A stretch of DNA of 64,000 nt from Antedon mediterranea (taxonomy: Eukaryota; Animalia; Echinodermata). The position numbers and the translations under genes were made by a program. The stretch lies in assembly GCF_964355755.1 (NCBI RefSeq), contig NC_092680.1, forward strand, positions 1,674,001 through 1,738,000, read 5' to 3'. The notes under the pieces were generated by a model. That model was not told the DNA's origin. It worked only from the letters and a program-made list of their open reading frames with translations, and made no database searches. Shown in pieces: positions 38,101 through 51,200 of the stretch (positions within the stretch are counted from its first letter, which is position 1; each line of letters begins with the position of its first letter).

Positions 38101-38388
38101 CTAAAAATGGCCTTCTTCCACTCCATAGAAGAGAAAGCAATGAAGAATGGAGTGGAAAGTGTCTTTGGTTCTGAGAGTGCTTCTGATGTTTCGTCGAGTG
38201 AAGAACCCGACCCAGAAATAGTTAAGGACATATTCACAAAATGTGATGATTGGCTTTCGAATCGGTTTGTTCCATCGTTCTTCAACCCACGACAAAATGT
38301 AATGGGGTCAACGATGCTGGAAGAAAATAGTGTTAAAGCGCATATGTTTGTAAAGTATATTTTGAAGCTTTTAAATGAAAAGTGTTGA
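35187..38388 (+). CDS. Ankyrin-repeat + Mab-21/cGAS-like nucleotidyltransferase (cGLR-type), ~942 aa
   Basis: ATG GCT GCA TCA G (35187-35199) splices in phase to one 2.8-kb exon (35573-38388). About 12 ankyrin repeats (TPLH/SPLH/TALH motifs). Then VGSSSESTKTKYPDEFDY, IEVDFVPAV, WRCS..VE, SYILKMAFF and VPSFFNPRQNV, typical of Mab-21/cGAS. Confidence 0.9.
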
Positions 38389-41300
38389 GTTTTACACACC
38401 AGATATGAAACGAATGTCTATGCATTTCTATCATGGCCAGTCACAACAAAAACCCTGTATCCGATTGGATGAAATTCATTGTGCGATACCACTATGACGT
38501 AACGCAATGACGAAGTTTTGACCAATCACAAGCAATGGATTATTATTATATAACTGTCGCATGTGATTAGTCAACTTGCTTTCATTGCGTTTACGTCGTC
38601 GTGTTGCGTCCAACAAGAGGGAACCGGCCAAGCTTAAGAAACAAAATGCTTTATTTCGTATTTTTTAAACAAATTGTGAAAACTCAATCAAGGTACATTT
38701 CTTCCGATGGTACATCATAAGAAAATCACGATTGCAGACACTCTAATTAAGGCGGCTCACTATCACGCCATCATTCATGTTTCTATGGTAAAACGCATAA
38801 TGAGGTCGTCCATTATTTATTAAGTTTTCACACTAAATCATCTAAGGCACTGAAACAGATACAGTATTCTACAGTTAGAAATAAAATGACTTTCTGAATA
38901 ATGCAAATATATAATAATAATCTATAATTTTTTGTTACAGTAACAGACGTATAGTGAGATTTAACATGAATGTCTTTTGCCAATAGTGCCCAAACTGAAA
39001 ACGATTTACAATCGCGAGGCGACCCACAATTAGTATTTAGTTCGAGGCTTTTCGTTGTTCAAGTCTGAACCTAAAATCTGGCTAGTTTCAAGCTCAAATA
39101 GTATACGTATGAAACGCCATATGTGCCAAAATATTTATCTTATTACTAATGTTAAGTCAAAACTCCGTCTGGAACCCAGACTACAGTTGCTAGTGTGACT
39201 AAACTGTGTAGGCTATCATTGTCTAATTTAAATTCATTCAAGAATCCCCTATTTTACTAGACTGATCAACACATGAAAGCTCAGTTAAATATTGAATTTC
39301 TAAAAGATCAGAAAGCATGAAATTAGCAGACATATTAATGTGCATTCACAATATGCATATGGACGTAAACACATTTATATTATGATAAAACTATTACTAC
39401 AAGTAGGCCTGTGTATTCTCCTAATAATATATGAGAGCGACGTTTTAAACATTGCAGAATACAACTCTTTGACTGACAAACTAAAGACATTTTAGGTAAC
39501 AAATCCTCAATAAATTGCAATATAATCTCTCATCGCAAAATGTTTGATTCAAAAGTGGATAAAAGACATACAAGAAAAATAATATTTACAACTTATTCGA
39601 TTATACTACGTATTCTAAGAACATGTTGCATTCAATTCTAGCCCTACTATATATACATTACAGTATACACTCTGGCAGTAGCCTACTATTGTATGTGCTC
39701 TTTTCACACCCTATACTAGGCCTACACAAATATATTTATTATATTGCATCATAAATCCAGCAGAGTGCTCATAAATACAATCTCATTGATCCAATGCAAA
39801 TGGAACATGTGCAGATGAACAACACGAATTGAGTACACTATTTGTCTCTATGATTTTTCTCTTTTCACTATGATTTTATATACATGCAGTAAATGATTAT
39901 TTTGTAATAATATTCTATTATATTCAATATAGTTTGTATCAAAAATTAGTTGTTAATAATAATAATCAGTATACTGTATTCCGAGTATTGAGTATCTTTA
40001 ACGAAAGGTGCAACTAACTCAGTTCACCAAACTTTCCAATCGAAAAAAAACAATACTTACCAACTTAATTACACAAATGGTACAATAAAATATCTAATAA
40101 TGTTAACATTAATTAAACCAATAACATATTAGTTACAAAGATACATCATTTTTGGTTATAAATAAGATATTTGCACAATAGATAAATTTCTTTTTTTAGA
40201 AATATATAAAAAAAAACGATTAGTGAAGAAAATGCATGTTATGAATTAATCTCTATATTGATGCTGTACTCTCTCTGAAATCAGACAAATTATAAGAAAA
40301 TATTTGATGAATACAAAAAGTTGATTCATCTATATATAAGTTAGTAGAACGCCTTCTTTGAGACACCTTTATTAAAGGTACAGTTTCCCGGGAAATGAAT
40401 GAGGGACCAGAGAAGATTTCACTCTTCTTCACTCATTATGTCTTAACACTATGGTCAACTCCAGCAAACGCTTTGTTAGGTCCCAAAGATGTCCCCTTAA
40501 TAGTGGTTCTACTATATATAACACACTTTTAATGAAAAACCCATTTAATAGGTTTTGGTAAAATAAATTTTCAAATTATATAAAACAAAAAATTAATGTT
40601 AATAACAGTAATAATATTGAGTCAGGGTTTAAACTTTAAGGAAAAACAGTACATATTTAACTTCAATTCTCAATTTTTTTTTTTTTTTTCAATTAATATT
40701 GTTTATAACATAATAAAACAATAGAATAGCACACATTGTAACAACATCACTTAATTAATAGAAATGCTTAAGCTACTAAAACTTTGATTTCAATAAACAA
40801 AAAGTTATGGCCAAGTGAAGGGGGTTTGAATAAGTTTGGTTCGCACTTGGAAGCATCATAAGGACGCCAGCTGCAACGTAAGCGTGTTGATTAATAACAA
40901 GCGGCAGTTTGAATATCCATCGCTTTGTGGGAACCATGCTATGGTAGTAAAATGTTTATTTACAGTAGCTTCGTATATGGACAAATACAATTGTTTAACT
41001 ATTAACTGCTTAAGAGATTGGCTTACAACCTCTTATAGGTTGTAGTGCAAGATAAGGTACTAATTAAGTGATACATCTAACATAATACAGTGTATAAAGT
41101 TACAAATTAGATTCATATCCTTTTCTCTTGCAAACAACAGTATTTTTGTGCCATCTATCCTGAATTAAATTTCACTTTGAGCATAACATGAACTGTCTTG
41201 GAAAAGTAGCTACAAAGTAAAAAAAAAATTGAAAAAAAAACCAGTAGAACATGTCCTTTGGACCAAACTACACACAATACACATATTTTCACAAACACTA

Positions 41301-41869
41301 TGTAATTAAAATATAACATGCATGCCAACTGGTTTAAAAATATTATACAACTTTCTGTCAAACACAAAAATTAATGAAACGTTGTATGGACCTATAAAGT
41401 TGTACTTATGGATCAGTTATTTAGTGTCGAGTATATAAAATAAATAAAATACTGTAGAATAGGACTATGACATCATTTGACAGGTATGGCACGCCAAGTG
41501 TGACACAAGACATTAATTTAATTGCAGGATTACATAAGACGGCACCATAGGAAATAATTTAAATGCAGATATTAGTTGGAATAAGATAGTGGTGTTATGG
41601 GAAATTGATGTCATTTTTGAAAACATTAATTTACATTTGGTTAGGAGGAAATAAAAGATGTAGTTATGATTGGACAAGAAAGTTAGTTGGCAGCATACAA
41701 AAGAAATTTTGTAACAGTTGAATTCTGCTGCAATCCAAGTGCTACCAATGGTCAAATTGCAAGAGTATATTTAATTTGTATCATCGTGCCAGATTATTGG
41801 CGGAATTGGTTCTACAGTAATATAAAGTGTAAACTAACAATAGCATAATTTGTTCTTCTTCTTCACATA

Positions 41870-42105
41870 TCTTACCATCGCCTTCGCTCGTCTTAAAAAA
41901 ATTTCTTTTCCATTCCGACTTTTAACACTAAAATGGCCCAAGCACCTTTACTTCTGCTGCCTCTCGCTTATGAAATGACCTACCTGACTCTATTAGATCA
42001 TGTTCTTCTACTATTGCCTTCAAATCTGCTTTGAAAACTCTTTTCTTTCTTTGATCACTTACTGCTGGAATTGGTCCATTACAAATTCGTATTATTATTA
42101 TTATT
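41870..42105 (+). mobile_element. Degenerate 3' end of a CR1/L2-like LINE
   Basis: Translates roughly SAASRL*NDLPDSIRSCSSTIAFKSALKT, like the AAPRLWNSLP..IR....FK..LKT LINE C-terminus, followed by an (ATT)n tail. Confidence 0.55.
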
Positions 42106-42226
42106 GTTTACAAAGTGAACCATTAGCAGCACATGGATAACAAAATGTCAACTGATTACATTTTAAAATGAAATTTTCTAAATAGGAATGTTATGAAATA
42201 TGATAAAACTGAATGAAAATATAATC

Positions 42227-45200
42227 TCAGGCCTCCACTTTTTCCGATCGTGGAAAGTAGAAAGTTCCTCTCTTTTCCTGCCTTGAAATTCGGGATTGAC
42301 AGATTACCTGTGGGAAAAAATATAATTATGAATTCAGTACGGAAAAGTTAGCAATTTTTAAAAATATTATATTATATTGTGCAGTATATATTTGAACATT
42401 AACCTGTAGTCTGCGCCTTCTATTATAACTGTTCTACTAAACGGTCAAACCCCGAGCACAGCCATTTTGAATGGCATCGTCTTCAACATTGATTCAAAAT
42501 GGAAGTAGCGGATTAATTAAATTAAATTTTATGTTATAGAAAGAACAACCTTCTCACTCCTGAGGAACATCGAGAAACTCAACAGCTTCTTTCAGAACTA
42601 ATATACGTGGTGTCCCGCAAACTATATCAACATACCCAGGTGTTATAACTAATATACGTGGTGTCCCGCAAACTATATCAACATATCTCAGGTGTTATAA
42701 CTAATATATGTGGTGTCCCGCAAACTATATCAACATACCCCAGGTGTTATAAAACAAAATGATGTTTTGCAGGTTTTAATACTCACTGCATTGTCTTGCG
42801 GCCATATTTTAAGATCGTATCTATATTTTTCAACCTTCTCATCATAATCACTCATTTTTTCACAAAACTTCTTATCATCATTGCCGTTACATTTAACATT
42901 CAGTTGTTCTGTCAATTAAATACATTTCATTTGAAAAAGAATTTGAAATGAGCAAAAATGGTAAAAAATGAAAGAGTGAAATATGAAAACAAATGCACTA
43001 CACTATTTTATAACACTTTACAGATATTGTCTCGAAAAATTAAAAGGTATGTTTATATGAATACTACAGCAGTACATTTCCTACTATCCGGAGTTGTGAT
43101 AATATTTACAATAGGAACCACTGTCAACAATTCAATTCTTTAGGAATGCTAATCACATAGCATTTACCCTCCGCCGAATTTCTTTTTGCTGTTGGTTGGG
43201 TTTGGAAATAAAATAAACATTGCACAAACGTCGCGGTTTCTTAGCGCTGAAGCTACGAAGTGAACGCAAATGATTGTATATTATATTCCCTGATGAAAAG
43301 TATCCCTAACAAGAGGGCTAGAGCATGCGTAGCCCCAATTGGTCTGAAACACCACACCCAGTACAAAAAGATATTATTCACACACAAGAAGGGTCTTTAT
43401 AACTCCTGCATATAGTGGGAACAAGTAAACAAGTAAATACCTAAAGTAGTAGTATCGGGCTGAACTTGAAATGTAATATTCAACGACATAAACTTGAAGG
43501 TGAAAATGGTATCTTCTTCTTCAAGGTCAGCAACTTCGACATTAATCTTAAAATAGAAATATTTGGAAAAGGAACCAGAAATACTTCTAGTTGTAACACT
43601 TGCTACATCAGGGCGTAAACTCCATGTTGGTTCGCCTTGGTTGCTGTTTTTCACAGATGCCTCCAGGTAAAAGACACAAGATTGATCATTTTGCTTCAAA
43701 CATGTTGTTGCAGAATTGTCAGCAAATTTCAGCACTACAGTATTGTTCATGCCTATAACTTTTGTGGTGATAGCTAAAATTATAAGAAAATTATTTTTAA
43801 ATGTTTTGTAAAAACTTGTGAATATTCGATAAACAATCGATTATGCTTGCGAGAAGTGTTTACTTTCAATAGCTTTTCTTTGTGACGACCTAACTATGTC
43901 AATTTTATTCATGGTGCGGGGAAGCACTTACTATACACAGAGACAGTTTTGGCAGTTTCTAAGTCCAGACGACACATCACTTGACCTCACCTAGCTTGTC
44001 CATCGGTCATCACAATTTTAAAATATAGCTGGCTGCTATTACGTGCGAAGACTATTTTTTTATGCTTACAGACAAAACAAGTAAACAAACCCAATAAGCC
44101 AACAATTGTTCAGATTGGAAAAAAACAATTGTAAATTTAAAAGCTTTGTTAAATACTTACGCAAATAGTTGGAATCTTTTTCTTCATTATCTTCTTTTTG
44201 GCTAAACAAAAAAAAGGTCACATTATTAATACATGTTGTTTTTGATATCAAAAAACATAATAATGAGAGATTTCAAAACTTATATGAATTCTTCTGCAGA
44301 AGCGGATTGTGAAAAGTCAACTTTTACCATCCAAAATTTATTCAGTTAATTTTTAAAAAGAAATTCTCATTTCATTCATTTATTTATTTGACCAAGAAAA
44401 CACAATAAAAACAGGTCAGGAAAAACAAAGGCGACCTAGGCCACTATGACTCAATGAGTCAGTCATTCCTTCATACATAATGATATTCTGTTCTTTTATT
44501 AACAACATAAGTTAGGTAAAATAAAATTAACATACGTGTCATTGCCAAAAATAGATATGCAACGCATTTTGGCATCATTCCATTCACAGTACGGGTTTGA
44601 CGTACACGCAATCTGAGTGTAACGAGGGCAGTTGGCCAATTGAAATCCAAATATCCGACCATCAGTTGTGCCATATACAAAGGTAATGTTATTATCATAA
44701 TAACGCAATGTTAGGTCTGTCACTTCATCCAGTTCCTAAATTAGGTAATAAACAAAGAGAAAAAAGGCATTGAATAACACATAACACACTTTTTTTTGTC
44801 AAACTAGTTTGATAGTGTAGACAGAGCTTTAGTTATAACACCTCTATGTGCCTACCTCATCAGTTTCTTTCAAATCAATCATGTGGAACATCTTCACCTC
44901 ACCACTGCTTGTGTTTTCATAGGCCATATACACTGTACTATTATCTATTTCAATATAATAAGGAAAATAAATGTAATAGTTTACAACTTTAAGCACAGAA
45001 AATGATTTATTTACCTCCGCCAAGGAGGTATATGTAATCGGTAGCGTGTGTTTGTTTGTTTGTTTGTTAGCAGGATTACTCAAAAAGTAATTACAAGATC
45101 TTTACCAAAATGAATATACAGATAGATATGTGGTCAAGGACCATTCCATAAAATTTTGGGAGCATTGTCCCAATTCTGGACCACTTTTTAGTATACTTTT

Positions 45201-48200
45201 CAGACCTGCTAGTGTTAAAAGATGAGACAGAATTTTTCAAAAGCCGGTGAGCAGTCTTAAAGTAACAAGTATACTGAAATTGCATTTTCTCGAGAACTAC
45301 TTGTCCAAAAAACTTCATTTTTGTACAAGAGGCAAGAGTTATAATTTGTGATTTGTAATTTTAAAACATAATTTGATTTAATGTGCACGTTTTTTGATGC
45401 CAGTAGTTTAAAAAACCTATTTTCTTTTCAAATTCACTCGTTTGATTTTCGCGTTGCTGTTCTATTGTTAGTCAACTGAGGCTATTGTTAATTGAAAGGC
45501 TTGTTACATAACCATTACACCAAACTCGCATACACATGCTTGTAGTGAACTTAGCCTAAATCACAAACAGCATTAAGACACACACAAATATATATATATT
45601 TTTTTTTAACCGGAGAAGTCTTATGTAGGAGAATTTTACAGTAGGCGGAGGTATGCACTCGCGGAGGTATGCACTCTCGGAGTGGCTTTCTAGTTTACTA
45701 ATGAATATGATCTATATTTATATGATCTATATTTATATGATCTATATTTATAAATAAAGTAAATTTACTAACACTAGTTGTATACATCTAAAATTTTTTT
45801 TATGAAAAATGATTTATTTACAAATTAATTTGATCAATTTCTATATAGATTAACAGTAAATTGCCTATAATCTAAAAATTGTCAAAATGTCATTTCATAA
45901 AGCCTGCCTTTACTAAATTTCTTAAATTTAGGGTTTAAATGTACACATAGGCAGACAATGTATTAACAACTTCTGCTTTGATTGGTTGATATCAAACCCA
46001 CCTGTTAAAGTATACACATAACATTAAACAAGAAAATGGGATGCTACACAACAATCATCTTCTTCATCTTGTTTTTGAACAACTTAACTTTGGCAATCTC
46101 AGCGAGAGTCTGATTTTATATTGTGAGTAGTTAGCTGGACAAATATTATATTTGTATTATTTTGTCAATAAATAAATATTAAATTTTTTTGCAATGTTAT
46201 CTTTTTTATTTATAACTGATTTGTATGATGAGTGTATTTTTAGTGTTTTTACTGTATTTTCTAATGCCAAAAGAAAATCTATTTTCACATTGATATTAAT
46301 AACTTAAATTAAATATGAATACATCAGTAAATACAGATAAACATCATACCTGTACCAAGTATGTAGACTTTCATATTTGTTAATAAGCGATCCTCAACAA
46401 CTATGCTTGTATATATAGCATTTCGTAAAATAAACATGGGTGTTGGAGTGCCTGCCACCTCATGACGATTCTTGACGAAAGGGGAAATCAGGTTTACTTT
46501 CCAGTAGCGTGCATAAGATGATTCTGGAATTGGGGTTTCACACTGTAAAAACCAATTACATATTGTGAATGTATAATGATGTTTTTGCATTCTTATTTCG
46601 GATCTATTTTCCTAATTTGCCATAAATACCATAAATAATAAAACTAAAAAACTCACTATGCCAGGTCTGTGGGCTAAATCAGTGATTGGTTGCCAGAGAT
46701 CAGTGACATCATCTTGACCTCGGAACATGTCTTCATTCATCATTCTTTCTATCTCACCGAGGTCAAACCTGCATACTGCGGACTCCTGCAGTCCAACTCT
46801 GGAAATAAAACAAAAAATTTGAGCATTAAAGATGTACTGTCCCCAAAAAATGAAGATTAATAAAAAAAAAAGACTTCAGGTCTTTTCACAGTTTTAATAA
46901 AATTAATCACTTCTGTAGCAAAAAAAATTAGTGTATTCAATTGTAAAAAGACCAACTAAATGGTTAAATTCAACCAACCCATGTAAACTTTAAAAAACCA
47001 AGTGCATCTTTCGTAATCATAGGGGGTTACCAGTTTATCTTAGCCCTGTTGTTCATGTTTGGTGCTACATTACATTGTGGCTCTATGGGTCTGAATACAA
47101 GGTGTCTGTATGAACAATTTAGCCTACAATCCAGCTTATATATGGGCATTTATTTCTTCTTTTATTTCTCACAGACTTACTTTGGCGTGGTAAACACAGC
47201 ATAAATCATGTCGGGATCCTCACTCGATTGATATATATCCTCTGAAAAAGAATTATTTTCGTATTAATCAATTCTTTTTTAATTTGTAAGATTCAACCCA
47301 TCCCATCAACCCATATTTGTTTAGAATTGAGAATTCGTAAATTTTGGTGTTTGTAATTGATGATTTTTACTGTATAACTAAAAGATACTTACTCAATTCA
47401 TTGAAGAAGAACGTGTCATATCCACCATTGATTGAGCAATCTAGACGTGCTTTGATATAAGATATTAGTTTACCATCCAGACTGTCATATGTGCCACCAG
47501 TATCATCCTATCAAAATAGTGTTAGCCTTATTATACCAGACGCAGATCAAAATTTTAAATGAGGAAGCACTCTCTAAAGCTCTGTTTACACTATCAAACT
47601 TTATGTGACAAAAAAATGTGATGTGCACATGGACTTGATGATGTAATACCACTACCATATTTAAGCATAATAACTACCATATTTGGGCACATAACACTTT
47701 TGTCAAACTAGTTTGATAGTGTAGACAGAGCTTAAAGGGGGGAGGGGGGGTTCAAAGTGCGCTAATTTGATCACTGTATTCCAAATAATTTATATTGATA
47801 ATTGTTATTACACTGTTTTTTTTATCACTCAATTAAAGCTTATTATAAAAGCTTTTAATTGTTATTTTTGATTCAAATAAACACCATCAGCCACTCTCTC
47901 TCCATCTCTATAATAAGACAACAACATGAAATCTTCATATTGAGTGAGTGACCGAGAGGTTAAAACAGTGGAACCGTAATCCATAGCCATAACATTGCCA
48001 AGGGTTTGTGGCTCACTCGCTCCATAGTTCTGGTGGTAGAACAAGTCTTCTCGGATAAGGACTATAAACCGTAGGTCCAGTGTATGCATATTGCTCTTGT
48101 GCACTTTAAAGAACTTAGTACATTTTTCGAGACGAGTAGGTGGTTACCCAGGTGTACTATTTCACACACACACACACTGTCGTGGAAAGACGTAATGGCG

Positions 48201-51200
48201 CCATAGTTGGCTGTCGATGACACGACAGGGGAGAAGAATGTTGTTGAAAAGGTGTAACATCTAAAGTCCACAGCGCTCTGATCTTCATGAAATAGCGATA
48301 TATAAATGTCGCATTACATTACATTGTCCACTAACATGAAATATAATTAAATTGGCGAATCAGAATCCAATACTTACATCACAAATACGACCAACTCTTG
48401 AGTAAATGATTTTTCCATAATCTGCATATTCTTCGGCAACTTCACGGAAGAAGAAGTAGGTGTGGCCGCTGTGTTTAATTGGTTTACCAACATAGCTTGC
48501 CTCTGTTCATTAAAACAAATACAATTAACAGATATGCTTGAGAGTTACTGCAGACAAAAACTGGAAAAATCTGTTTCTGATTTTATAGGTTAAGGAAATC
48601 TATCTAGACACTACCATAACGACGGATGTTAAACAAGGAACTAATATAATAAATGAATAAACTGGATCACGATAAAGAGTAAATGTGTCCAAATATGGTT
48701 GTAATATACCCAAATATGGTAGTGGTATGACATCATCATGTCCATACATCACATTTTTGTAGACAGGAGTAGAATCCATTGTTGGTTACTATCCTGGCAC
48801 TAGGTAAAGATTGAACCCTCGAATTTGGGATGGTTATGTCAACCACTAATATACGGCTTGACTTTGTTCTCTGCTTTTGATTTTAAAATATCATTATACT
48901 ACTTTATAAAAAATTAAAGAAACAAAAAAAGAAATGCTAAGAAATTACCACGAAGAAATTCAGATCCAATAGCTGTACAGATTCGTGAAGAGGGAAAACC
49001 GTCAGCAAATGTAATGTGGCATATTACAGAATCACTTTGTCCAACTTTTCTTGAACCACCGGAAAACAACTGAGAACCATTATCTATATTATAAGAAAGA
49101 AACCAATCAGTCAATATATGATTTCACCAACACATGATAATGCAATAGTACCTTTAAAATAATGAAATAAACCTATCAGTCAATATATGATTTCACCAAC
49201 ACATGATAATGCAATAGTACCTTTAAAATAACGAAATAAACCTATCAAGTGACAGTATACAGTAAAAATAGTATAAACATACTAGCAAATAAATGCACCA
49301 TTTCACCATCCCAATTAAATGGTGTGAAATCTACTCCGTTGTTGTCTCTTTTATCCCAAGTGTCACCACATTCAAAAGTGCTAATATCCTTTTCAATCTG
49401 AAACTAAATAAGAGATAGATACTTCTTTAACATACTTCACAGGAATGCTTACAATATGCAGAAGGAGTGGAGGTGTACAGGGATCAGATGAATGCAATCA
49501 GAACCTTGTTTACATTTACAGGTAGGAATGATAATGTCCATTCCAATGATCATTGCTCATGGTGCTACATGCTTCCCCTCTAAAGCTCTGTCTACACTAT
49601 CAAACTTTATGTGACAAAAAAATGTGATGTGCCCATATATTGACATGATGATATTACTACCATATTTGGCTACATCACTACCATATTTGGGCACATCACA
49701 CTTTTTTGGTCAACTAGTTTGATAGTGTAGACAATGCTTTAGGAGAAGTAGCAAAAAATGTGAAACATATCCAAATAAATTTCACTTATGTTGTTATGTT
49801 TGATATTCTTATTTAATTTATTGATTTTTAAATAATTTTTATTTTAATTAATTTAAAATAATAATTTTTTTCCAAAATTCTTTAAAACATTTTGTAGCTA
49901 AAGCTTGGGTCCCATTAGGGCGCAATGCAAAGATGCAAGTGCAACATTAAACGCGATGGATCATTCGAACTGTTACTTGTGATTGGCCAACTCATCCGGG
50001 CTGCAACTCATCTTTGCGTTGCATCTGCGGGAACCAAGTTTTTAAACTTCAGCTTTTTAAACAGGCTGCAAGCCAATGGGTTTTTGGTTGAAAACAGTTT
50101 TTTTCCCGTTTTTTTTTCTATGGAAGCGATTAACTTTTATCAAAACTACAAAATAACATATTCAAAATCTGATTTAATTAATCTTCATTTTTCATGTTAT
50201 TTGGGGGACAATACATATTTAACATTTACACTAAAATTAACTAACTAATAACTTACCCACAGTTACAGTTGCAAATAAATACATATTCTACGATATTAAT
50301 ATTCTATTATTAATCTTCATTTTTGATGTTTTTGGGGGACAATACATCTTTAAATATTGCTTACCCTGTCATCTGTCATGTTATAGTCAAGGTAATAGCA
50401 ACGTGGGTAGAGCGCATTACTTCCACACACAAACATTCTGGAGCTGTTCATAACATTGAACACTCTGATGTAATTATTACATGTTTCCTAATAGAAAAAA
50501 AAACCAATGTATTTCAACACAACATTCATATTAATAGCAACAAATCAATGGCAATACAACTTTATACCGTATATTATCAAGTATTTAATCTAATGGTGCT
50601 CGAGTATAATCCCACTTTGGTAAATCCATTGTTAATGTAATCCCACCCCTTAATTTTTGTCAAAAGTGTCCCATACTTGGTCAAATAATACCATTGCAGA
50701 CAATTGAATCAGCATTATTTTTTTTTTTTTAATATTGCAATACAAGGATTTTAGCAAATACAAAACATTAAGCTCTGTCTACACTATCAAACTTTATGTG
50801 ATGTGCCCATATATGGACATGATGATGTCATATCACTACCATATTTGGGCATATCACCACCATATTTAGGCACATCACACTTTTTTTCTATTGTTTAATA
50901 AAATCTAAACCTTTACAAACTACATTTATTATAACCCCACCTATTTTTCGTCTGTGGTTAAGCAGAACAAGCATCATGAAATAAGCCTTAAAAAACCAGA
51001 CTTTTTTTGTAATGTTACAATTGTAATTAATAAATTTGAAACATGCATTTTTTTTTTCGTTTATGGGTGTTGCGTGACAAGAAATTTCTTCTTGCAAGAT
51101 CATCTATTAATGGTATTGTTGTATTATTTCATTATTATCTATTGCTATTTGTTATTGTATTGTTTAACATTGATAGTAATAAAAAAGAAAGATATATATA

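Noticed and set aside
36359-38399. Several minus-strand ORFs of 62-134 aa
   Set aside because: Antisense shadows of the long cGLR exon
47862-48271. Two GC-balanced minus-strand ORFs suggesting a nested gene
   Set aside because: They lie in a SINE copy with relatives at 52810 and 57880
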